From NCBI GenBank assembly GCA_048621635.1, contig JBMCWH010000002.1, positions 2,227 to 66,226 of the forward strand: a stretch of 64,000 bases of DNA. Direction: 5' to 3'. The DNA comes from Patescibacteria group bacterium (GTDB lineage Bacteria; Patescibacteriota; WWE3; JAUXAW01; JAYEID01). Made by a program: the position numbers and the translations under genes. Shown here piece after piece: positions 33,816 through 40,652 of the stretch (positions are counted from its first letter, which is position 1; the number at the start of each line of letters is the position of its first letter). Under the pieces are notes generated by a model, which was given only the letters and a program-made list of their open reading frames with translations, searched no databases and was not told the origin of the DNA.

Positions 33816-35084
33816 ATGAAAAAAGGATATCTAGTTCATTATGGAGAGATAGCTTTAAAGGGTGAAAATCGCAGCTTCTTCGAAAACAAGTTAATCAGCA
33901 ATATTGAAAATGCTGTGAGTGATTTGAACTTGGAAAAGAACCCTGTCAAAAATCTTTACGGCAGGTTGTTTTTGCAACTACCTTCTAGTGAAATAGCGAG
34001 CTCGGAGCCGTGTACCCAACGTGGTACCGCGGTTATCACGCGACAGAAGGAGGATCGCGGACTAAAGTCCGCTACTTCAATATCGAACAGGCTTGAATTC
34101 CGACTAAAAAAAATTCCTGGAATTGCCAATTTTTCTCCAGCTTATCTTGCCGAACGCGATCTGGATAAACTTAAAGAATTAATTTGGCAGGAAACAAAAC
34201 AAAGAATGCCTTTTGAAACATTTCGTATTCGCGCTTCTCGAGCAGACAAATCTTTCCCACTTACATCTAGAGACATTGAATTTAAAATTGGCGGCTACGT
34301 AAAAGAGAAATCACAAGCAGAAGTGGATTTGGAAAATGCGAAACTCAGCTGTTATATAGAAATACTCAGCGATAAAGCTTTATTTTACTTTGAAAAAATA
34401 CCCGGACCAGGTGGTCTTCCCGTAACTACCGCTGGTAAAGTAGGTGCTTTACTTTCTGGAGGAATAGATTCTCCAGTAGCTGCCTGGAAAATAGCGAAGA
34501 GAGGCGCGAAAAATGTCTTTATCCATTTCCACAGTTATCCACAAACGGATAAAGCTTCCCAAGAAAAGGTAAAGGACTTTGTCCGTACGTTGGTTAAATG
34601 GCAAGGTACTAGTACTCTTTTCCTTGTACCTTTACTGAAAATTCAAGAAGAAATTGTTGCCCAATGTCCTAAAAAGCTACGTGTAATCTTGTACAGAAGA
34701 ATGATGCTTAGAATTGCGGAAAAAATAGCGAAAAAAGAAAATTGTTTAGCTCTAGTCACAGGAGAAAGTCTGGGACAGGTAGCTTCACAAACAATAGAAA
34801 ATATGAGAGTGACTGAGGCAGTGACAACACTACCGGTGTTTAGACCATTAATTGGGATGGATAAACAGCAAATAGTGGGCACTGCAAAAAAAATAGGTAC
34901 GTATGAAACGGCTATTAAACCACACCAAGATTGTTGTTCCTTATTCGTTCCTCAACATCCAGAAACAAGAGCAAAATTAGAAATGGTGGAGAAAACAGAA
35001 AAACTGCTGCAATTGGAAAATCTAATTGACTATGCGTTAGAAAATTCTACCAGAGACAAGTTCTTCTTCCCCTCCTTCGCATAA
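33816..35084 (+). CDS. thiI: tRNA 4-thiouridine synthase ThiI, with a ~29-aa insertion in the N-terminal domain
   Basis: YGEIALKGENR, THUMP region, PP-loop LLSGGIDSPVAAW, TGESLGQVASQT and CCSLF. Confidence 0.9.
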   Translation: MKKGYLVHYGEIALKGENRSFFENKLISNIENAVSDLNLEKNPVKNLYGRLFLQLPSSEIASSEPCTQRGTAVITRQKEDRGLKSATSISNRLEFRLKKIPGIANFSPAYLAERDLDKLKELIWQETKQRMPFETFRIRASRADKSFPLTSRDIEFKIGGYVKEKSQAEVDLENAKLSCYIEILSDKALFYFEKIPGPGGLPVTTAGKVGALLSGGIDSPVAAWKIAKRGAKNVFIHFHSYPQTDKASQEKVKDFVRTLVKWQGTSTLFLVPLLKIQEEIVAQCPKKLRVILYRRMMLRIAEKIAKKENCLALVTGESLGQVASQTIENMRVTEAVTTLPVFRPLIGMDKQQIVGTAKKIGTYETAIKPHQDCCSLFVPQHPETRAKLEMVEKTEKLLQLENLIDYALENSTRDKFFFPSFA

Positions 35085-35105
35085 AATCAACGATATATAG
35101 TTCTC

Positions 35106-35371
35106 AAAAAAAAAAAAGGAATCAGCACCCAAGGTTACCTAGACAGTTAAGTCCAAGTTCCTGGGTACTGACCCCTGAAAGGAGACGACCATGAAAGATG
35201 ATCCTTCAAAAGCCAGCTCCTGTGATTGTTAGCCTCGCTGGCTAGCTTCGTTAAAAGCGATTGTGCTAAGTTTCACCAGCGAGGTTGAGGAGAGACTTGA
35301 TCTAGCAATGTCTTGTTGCCCCGTTGTCTCGGTGTCGAGATTTTTCGGGAGGTAAGAGTTGCTAGACCAAA
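35106..35371 (-). ncRNA. Candidate structured RNA (tRNA-like-gene trailer) ending in a strong intrinsic terminator
   Basis: Stems TCTAGCAA/TTGCTAGA, TCTCG-ACAC-CGAGA and CCTCGCTGG/CCAGCGAGG (9 bp). The terminal hairpin 35123-35170 is followed by T12 (A12 on plus strand at 35106-35117). No convincing ORF. Confidence 0.35.
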
Positions 35372-35484
35372 TACGCGGGGGAGGAGTTGAACCTCCGTTT
35401 ATTCATCTTTCCGCTTCCCCTGGGCAGACGCTTGCCCTAAAGAGTAGAAGATGAATTGTCCTCGGCCTCTAGACTACCCGCGTA
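35372..35484 (-). tRNA. tRNA-like gene with about 39 extra nt in the anticodon loop; no encoded CCA; anticodon not assignable (UCU is one reading)
   Basis: Acceptor ACGCGGG/CCCGCGT, D-arm GTCT-AGAGGCCGA-GGAC, T-arm GGAGG-TTCAACT-CCTCC and a 4-5 nt variable loop. The anticodon stem ATTCA/TGAAT is extended by TCTT/AAGA and encloses hairpin GGGCA-AGCGTC-TGCCC. Confidence 0.5.
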
Positions 35485-35642
35485 AAGTTGGTTCCTGTAT
35501 TTTCAGCACATAAATTTTATATAAATAAAAAGGTGCTGTCCTCTTCTACAGGAACCGGTGGCTTCCCCGAGGAAAGGCTGGATTGGTAGCGAGCCCAATC
35601 CTAGGACCCAAGTTGAATACAGTAAAAGTGGGCCCTCGAAAA

Positions 35643-35662
35643 ACAGGAAAACCTGTTTTTTA
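35643..35662 (+). terminator. Rho-independent terminator 105 nt upstream of iscS
   Basis: ACAGG-AAAA-CCTGT followed by TTTTTT. Confidence 0.55.
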
Positions 35663-35766
35663 CGTTAAAGTACAACTGAACTGTGGAGAAACTATAACAT
35701 GTGCTTACGGTAATGTCAAATCCCCTACGCTTTATTACTACCAGATTAAATGGTATCATTTAAACT

Positions 35767-36984
35767 ATGGAAGTATATTTGGACAACGCAGCAACAACAA
35801 AAGTAGATCCAGATGTAGAAAAAGCGATGCAACCATATTTTTGCGAGAAGTACGGAAATGCAAGTTCTCTGCATGATTGGGGAAGAGAAGCAAAAGAAGC
35901 TGTGGATGAAGCAAGAGAAACAATAGCCAATTTCCTCAATGCAGGAAAACCAACTGAAATTATTTTTACTGGTTGCGCAACAGAAAGTAATAATCTTGCG
36001 CTTAAGGGTACGGTTGAAAACGTTGCCAAGGACTGTTCCCAGTTTAAAGGTGGAAATAAACCGCACTTGATTATTTCTTCTATTGAACATCATTCTGTCT
36101 TAGACACTGCTAAATATTTAAAGGAAGCGGGAAAAGCAGAAATCTCTTGGTTAGACGTTGACCAAGTGGGGAAGGTTGATCCAAAAGAAATTGACAACCT
36201 TATTAAAGAGGAAACAGTTCTGGTCTCTGTTATGTATGTTAACAACGAGATTGGCACTATTGAACCTTTAGAAGAAATTGGTAATGTTATTAGAAAACAC
36301 AAAAAGGAACGAGAAGGGAAAACAAATTCGCCTCCTTTATACTTTCACACTGATGCAGTACAGGGTATTGAGTATTTGGAAACAGACGTGCAGAAGCTTA
36401 ACCTTGATTTGCTTTCTCTTGCCGGACATAAGATTCACGCTCCTAAAGGTGTGGGTGCATTATATGTCAGAGAAGGAACAAAGGTGGCAACACAAATACA
36501 TGGCGGTGGCCAGGAAAACGGATTACGGGCGGGAACAGAAAACATTCCTTACATTGTTGGTTTGGGGAAGGCAATTAAGTTACTAGAAGATTACCAAAAC
36601 TCAGATATAGGAGAAAAAGTTACAAGGTTAAGGGATATGTTAATAGAAAACATCTTAGCTGATGTGCCACAAGCACAATTAACTGGTCCTGAGAAAGACA
36701 GGGTTTCGCACATAGCTAGCTTTGTTTTCCCCAATGCGGAAGGAGAAGCATTGCTGTTGCATTTGAACCGGGCGGGAATTGCCGCTTCCTCTGGTTCTGC
36801 TTGTACCTCTGGGACTTTAGAAACATCTCATGTATTGGAAGCAATTGGTATAGCGCAAGACTTAGCACATACTTCCCTGCGTTTATCACTTAGCCGTAGT
36901 ACTTCCGGTAAAGAAATTGATTATGTAATTGAAAAATTACCGGAGATAACAAAAGAAATTAGGAATATGGCTCCATCTGTTTGA
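35767..36984 (+). CDS. iscS: Cysteine desulfurase (NifS/IscS type)
   Basis: YLDNAATT, the PLP-Lys region SLAGHKIHAPKGVGALY and the active-site loop SSGSACTSG. Confidence 0.9.
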   Translation: MEVYLDNAATTKVDPDVEKAMQPYFCEKYGNASSLHDWGREAKEAVDEARETIANFLNAGKPTEIIFTGCATESNNLALKGTVENVAKDCSQFKGGNKPHLIISSIEHHSVLDTAKYLKEAGKAEISWLDVDQVGKVDPKEIDNLIKEETVLVSVMYVNNEIGTIEPLEEIGNVIRKHKKEREGKTNSPPLYFHTDAVQGIEYLETDVQKLNLDLLSLAGHKIHAPKGVGALYVREGTKVATQIHGGGQENGLRAGTENIPYIVGLGKAIKLLEDYQNSDIGEKVTRLRDMLIENILADVPQAQLTGPEKDRVSHIASFVFPNAEGEALLLHLNRAGIAASSGSACTSGTLETSHVLEAIGIAQDLAHTSLRLSLSRSTSGKEIDYVIEKLPEITKEIRNMAPSV

Positions 36985-37008
36985 ATTTTGACAGAGGGGC
37001 GCTATAAT
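36981..37008 (+). promoter_or_regulatory. Promoter candidate for iscU (TTGAAT-16 nt-TATAAT)
   Basis: -35 at 36981-36986 and -10 at 37003-37008, 10 nt before ATG 37019. Confidence 0.4.
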
Positions 37009-37018
37009 TTAATCCACT

Positions 37019-37417
37019 ATGGTAGAAGAACTGTACTCAGAAAAAGTCCTCGATCATTTTTATAACCCCAAAAACATGGGAGAAATGGAAAATCCGGATG
37101 TAACTGTTCGAGTAGGCAACCCAGTCTGTGGAGATGTGATGGAAATGTACTTAGATATTGATACCCGTGAAGATGGAGAAGAATATATTGAGGATATAAA
37201 GTTTAAGACTTTAGGTTGCGGTGCTGCAATTGCAACGTCTTCAATGGCGACAGAACTGGTAAAGGGGAAGACTCTAGATGAAGCGGTTGAGTTGAGCAAT
37301 GAGGCTTTGTCCGAAGCGTTGGGTGGTTTGCCGCCGACAAAAGAGCATTGTTCAGTTCTGGCAGCGGATGCTGTTAAAAAAGCAATAAAGAAGTATCGTG
37401 AGGAGAAGAGATCTTGA
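37019..37417 (+). CDS. iscU: Fe-S cluster assembly scaffold IscU/NifU-like
   Basis: GNPVCGDVM, LGCGAAIATSS and EHCSVLAADAVKKAI, which are the three conserved Cys contexts. Confidence 0.9.
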   Translation: MVEELYSEKVLDHFYNPKNMGEMENPDVTVRVGNPVCGDVMEMYLDIDTREDGEEYIEDIKFKTLGCGAAIATSSMATELVKGKTLDEAVELSNEALSEALGGLPPTKEHCSVLAADAVKKAIKKYREEKRS

Positions 37418-37923
37418 GAATTTTGGGTGTTGACCCCGGTTTAGCAAAGGTAGGCTGGGGTGTAATTGAACAACCTACTGATAAATCACCTGAACAACGA
37501 AAAAAAGAAGAATGGTTGGTTGTTGAGTATGGCTGTATCAGCACTTCTGCGAAGAAATCAATTGCCGAGCGATTGAGTAAAATTAACCAAGCGATTACGA
37601 AACTTATAAGTCAGTTTGAACCCACAGAAGCTGCGATTGAAAACTTGTTCTTTGGAGTGAATGCGAAAACAGCAATGAAAGTAGGGGAAGGGAAAGGAGT
37701 AGTAATATTAGCCTGTGGACAGTGCAATATACCAGTTAAAGAATTTACCCCTTTAGAAATAAAGACAGCGCTTACTGGCTATGGAAGGGCTGATAAAAAA
37801 CAGGTTCAAGAGATGGTTAAAAGATTTCTAAATTTAGAGCAACTTCCTCAACCAGATCATGCTGCTGATGCACTTGCTTGTGCATATTGCGCAGGAATAA
37901 CAAGAGGACAACCAGAACTATGA
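37414..37923 (+). CDS. ruvC: Holliday junction resolvase RuvC
   Basis: MRILGVDPGLAKVGWGVIE, ENLFFG and HAADALACAYC. Confidence 0.9.
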   Translation: MRILGVDPGLAKVGWGVIEQPTDKSPEQRKKEEWLVVEYGCISTSAKKSIAERLSKINQAITKLISQFEPTEAAIENLFFGVNAKTAMKVGEGKGVVILACGQCNIPVKEFTPLEIKTALTGYGRADKKQVQEMVKRFLNLEQLPQPDHAADALACAYCAGITRGQPEL

Positions 37924-38486
37924 TTGGATATCTATCCGGTAAAGTAATTCATAAGGATACAGAAAAAATAATAGTGTCTAACAACGGTATTGGTTATGAG
38001 GTTAGAGTATCAGCAAGATACTCAAATCAGATTACCTCGGATGAAGATGTTTCCTTGTTTGTTCATACTTATGTTCGCGAAGATGCAATTGCTCTTTATG
38101 GATTTGAAAATATCCCTTCGCGTGATATCTTCCGTTCTTTAATTTCTGTATCCGGAGTGGGACCTAAAACAGCTCTTGGCGTTCTTTCCAAAACTAGCCC
38201 AGAAAAAATAAGGACAGCGGTTTCTAACGCGGAAACTGGTATCTTTACCGCTATCTCAGGTATCGGTAAAAAAACAGCAGGGAGAATTATTTTGGATCTG
38301 CAAACTGTATTGGGAGAAGAAAAAGAGTTAGATTTTTCTGGCCAGCCGGAAAAAGAAGATGCTTTGGAGGCGTTGGAAAATCTGGGTTACAGCAAAAAAG
38401 AAGCAGCAGCAGCATTAGAACCGGTAGATGCGGATCTATCCTCTGAAGAACAAATAAAGAAGGCGCTCCAGAATCTCGCCAGCTAG
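37920..38486 (+). CDS. ruvA: Holliday junction branch migration protein RuvA
   Basis: MIGYLSGKV...GIGYEV...LYGF...LISVSGVGPKTAL...ISGIGKKTA. ATGA overlap with the ruvC stop. Confidence 0.9.
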   Translation: MIGYLSGKVIHKDTEKIIVSNNGIGYEVRVSARYSNQITSDEDVSLFVHTYVREDAIALYGFENIPSRDIFRSLISVSGVGPKTALGVLSKTSPEKIRTAVSNAETGIFTAISGIGKKTAGRIILDLQTVLGEEKELDFSGQPEKEDALEALENLGYSKKEAAAALEPVDADLSSEEQIKKALQNLAS

Positions 38487-38521
38487 CTTTTTTTCATAAC
38501 CTTTCATAATCTCTTTCATAA

Positions 38522-38542
38522 TCTCGGACTTTATTAATCGCC
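38522..38542. repeat. REP-like copy D (degenerate left arm)
   Basis: TCTCGGACT loop plus right arm TTATTAATCGCC, ending 1 nt before the transposase stop codon (38544-38546). Preceded by the 12-nt tandem TTTCATAATCTC x2 (38502-38525). Confidence 0.7.
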
Positions 38543-38543
38543 T

Positions 38544-39311
38544 TCAATATGCCATTTCTTTGTATTGTTCGACCAACTCAGCTTTCTGATTCTTGTCTAG
38601 TTCCTCAAACTTACGAAACCAACCGAAATCATCATCAATTGCTACATCTTTCAAGCGCATAACCCCAAATTGATCGATCTCTGCTTCAGTAAATTTCTTA
38701 TATTCCTCTCTACTTCCAAATTCCCCGAGAACTAAATCAGTATTAAGAAAAGAATAGAAATCTCTTCTTGCTAGATACGTATTGAGACTAGACCAAGGGT
38801 ACTCAATTAACTGATTAACTGAATCTAAACCAAGTTTCTGTGGATTGATGTGCTGGTACCTAGTGACGTGAATTAATTGTTCATCACTTTCAACCTTAAC
38901 CGATTTGAACCGCCCTTGAAACAACCCACCTACCCTATCCTGCCGTTTATTGAAATACTTGGTATAAGAAGTACAAATACGGCGCATAAAATTCGTAATT
39001 CCGTCTTCGTTTAGTTGTTTAAAGACAAAGTGGAAATGATTAGGCATTAGACAGAAAGAAATTATATCTACAGCTGGTTTAATTATTTTCGTTTCTAAAT
39101 CCTCGATTATTGCCTCACGTGCTGCAGGTGATGTTGCTCTTTCTATCCTAGTACTAATTACGCTATAAGGAACTGAATATTTAAGAGAATGAGCTATAAC
39201 TTCTAGAAAATGAGAATAAAAACTATTGTTGGGGAAAATAATCCGCTTTTCTATACCTCTATTGTAAATGTGATAGGTACTGTCAGTTATTAACGGGTTG
39301 TCTCTTCTCAT
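38544..39311 (-). CDS. IS200-like HUH/Y1 transposase, REP-associated tyrosine transposase (RAYT)-like
   Basis: YHIYNRG, HUH motif MPNHFHFV, GGLFQGRFKS and the catalytic Tyr context VTRYQHINP. ATG 39311 lies 6 nt after TATATT. The longer ORF reaches 39371. Confidence 0.8.
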   Translation of the reverse strand: MRRDNPLITDSTYHIYNRGIEKRIIFPNNSFYSHFLEVIAHSLKYSVPYSVISTRIERATSPAAREAIIEDLETKIIKPAVDIISFCLMPNHFHFVFKQLNEDGITNFMRRICTSYTKYFNKRQDRVGGLFQGRFKSVKVESDEQLIHVTRYQHINPQKLGLDSVNQLIEYPWSSLNTYLARRDFYSFLNTDLVLGEFGSREEYKKFTEAEIDQFGVMRLKDVAIDDDFGWFRKFEELDKNQKAELVEQYKEMAY

Positions 39312-39377
39312 AAGTGGAATATAGCTGTGTTGATTGTTAATGTCAATAGGTAGTAAACAATAAAAGCGCATTAGAAC

Positions 39378-39410
39378 GCCAATTAATAATCTCGGACTTT
39401 ATTAATTGGC
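39378..39410. repeat. REP-like palindrome copy C (perfect)
   Basis: GCCAATTAATAA-TCTCGGACT-TTATTAATTGGC. Confidence 0.9.
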
Positions 39411-39501
39411 TGTAACATAGGGAATCACATCGAGCCACATGGGGCATAGCAGATATTGAGGGGGCTGAAATTTTTACGCTTTTTTGTTAGAATTATTGGT
39501 G

Positions 39502-40536
39502 ATGAACGAAAAGCCCGCCCAAGAAAAACAAAATAAAAAGGAAGAAGAAATTCTGGATAAAACATTAAGACCACAAAGGTTTGCAGATTTTCCAGGTCAA
39601 CCGGAGTTAAAGAAAAAGCTTAAGATATTCTTGCAGGCGGCACAGAAGCGTGGTGAGGCAATGGAACATATTCTTTTTTACGGTCCCCCCGGATTAGGAA
39701 AAACCACCCTGGCACAAATCTTGGCCAATGAGATAGAGGTAAACGTAAGAATAACCTCAGGTCCTGCTATTGAAAAAGCTGGAGAACTGGCAGCCGTAAT
39801 TACAAACCTATCTCCTAACGATATTCTTTTTATTGATGAAATTCACCGCTTAAACAAAGCTATTGAAGAAGTCTTGTACCCTGCTATGGAAGATTTTGCT
39901 CTAGATATCGTAGTAGGGAAGGGGCCCTCAGCACGGAGTGTTCGTCTGGAACTTCCTCAGTTTACTTTAATAGGGGCTACAACCAGAATAGGTTTAATGT
40001 CTTCGCCGCTTAGGGATCGTTTCGGGGCATTACATCGCCTTCGCTTTTACAAAGAAAGAGAACTTGCTAAAATTGTCAAAAGGTCTAGTAATATCTTAGA
40101 TGTTAATATTGAAAAAGAGGCTGCGTTGGAGATAGCTCAGAGGTCCCGGGGTACGCCGCGTATTGCGAACAGGCTACTTAAACGAGTTCGCGACTTTGCT
40201 CAAGTGAATAAAAAAGATATAATTGATTTAGAATTAGTAAGAGCAGCTTTGGACCTGCAAGGTATTGATAAAAGTGGTCTTACGCAGGAAGATTGCGCTT
40301 TTTTGGAAATAATCTGTTCTAAATTTTCTGGTGGGCCGGTAGGGATAAAGACTCTTTCTGCTGCTCTTTCCGAAGACGAAGGAACTATAGAAGATGTTGT
40401 TGAGCCTTATCTAATTCAAAGCGGTCTTATTAAGAAAACAGCACGTGGACGTGTTGCTACTGAGAAGGCATTCAGGCATCTGGACATAGCCAATCCGAAA
40501 GAAGATCCAGACCAGCAGGGAAAGTTAAATGTCTGA
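39502..40536 (+). CDS. ruvB: Holliday junction DNA helicase RuvB
   Basis: [31 protein letters not shown] and [11 protein letters not shown]. Confidence 0.95.
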   Translation: MNEKPAQEKQNKKEEEILDKTLRPQRFADFPGQPELKKKLKIFLQAAQKRGEAMEHILFYGPPGLGKTTLAQILANEIEVNVRITSGPAIEKAGELAAVITNLSPNDILFIDEIHRLNKAIEEVLYPAMEDFALDIVVGKGPSARSVRLELPQFTLIGATTRIGLMSSPLRDRFGALHRLRFYKERELAKIVKRSSNILDVNIEKEAALEIAQRSRGTPRIANRLLKRVRDFAQVNKKDIIDLELVRAALDLQGIDKSGLTQEDCAFLEIICSKFSGGPVGIKTLSAALSEDEGTIEDVVEPYLIQSGLIKKTARGRVATEKAFRHLDIANPKEDPDQQGKLNV

Positions 40537-40652
40537 TAACAACATCAGGCTGTTGTGGTAACATGTTAACAAACTAATAAACCATTGGAGTAGAAGATTA
40601 AAAGAGTTATTTTTGGAGCAGTACGGTTACTATTGATACATTATAAAATACA

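Larger units (their letters stand above)
38522..39410 (-). mobile_element. REP-flanked Y1 transposase unit (REPtron-like)
   Basis: The transposase ORF is bracketed by REP hairpins sharing the loop TCTCGGACT (38522-38542 degenerate; 39378-39410 perfect). Confidence 0.7.

Noticed and set aside
34001-34006. The CTCGGA hexamer is shared by the REP loop (four copies), the thiI insertion (34001) and the hairpin region near tRNA-Arg (63921). I considered it as evidence that all the GC-rich inserts belong to the REP family.
   Set aside because: A 6-mer is expected many times by chance in 64 kb on two strands. Outside the hexamer the sequences do not align.
35191-35232. Plus-strand mini-ORF MKDDPSKASSCDC behind GAAAGGAGACGACC, considered as a Cys/Ser leader peptide attenuating iscS.
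   Set aside because: It lies 575 nt from iscS, with an antisense tRNA-like gene and a separate terminator and promoter in between. The only strong terminator in this segment (T12) is on the minus strand. The SD-like tract is simply the complement of one arm of a helix in the minus-strand RNA candidate. I kept it as an alternative, not a call.
35372-35484. tmRNA (ssrA) interpretation of the tRNA-like element.
   Set aside because: Both acceptor strands lie only 112 nt apart and a full canonical D-arm is present, whereas tmRNA has a reduced D-loop. I found no resume codon or tag ORF ending in an ALAA-type peptide on either strand.
35566-35640. RNase P RNA: CCGAGGAAAGGCTGG resembles the CR-I GAGGAAAGUCCGG, and ACAGTAAAAGTGGGC weakly resembles ACAGAANNCGGCUUA.
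   Set aside because: The two strands cannot form P4 (AAAGGCTGG versus AAAGTGGGC). The region is far too short, and the GGTAAGAGC and GGTAAAC core motifs are absent.
35583-35876. 97-aa plus-strand ORF spanning the orphan terminator and the iscS start.
   Set aside because: It starts at TTG inside a hairpin, runs through a strong intrinsic terminator and overlaps iscS out of frame. There is no supporting signal.
38492-38525. The TTTCATAA(C/T)CTC tandem repeats, considered as a possible CRISPR or microsatellite.
   Set aside because: There are only 2.8 units of 10-12 nt, with no spacers. They are best explained as a junction duplication beside the REP hairpin. No CRISPR-like array exists anywhere in the window.
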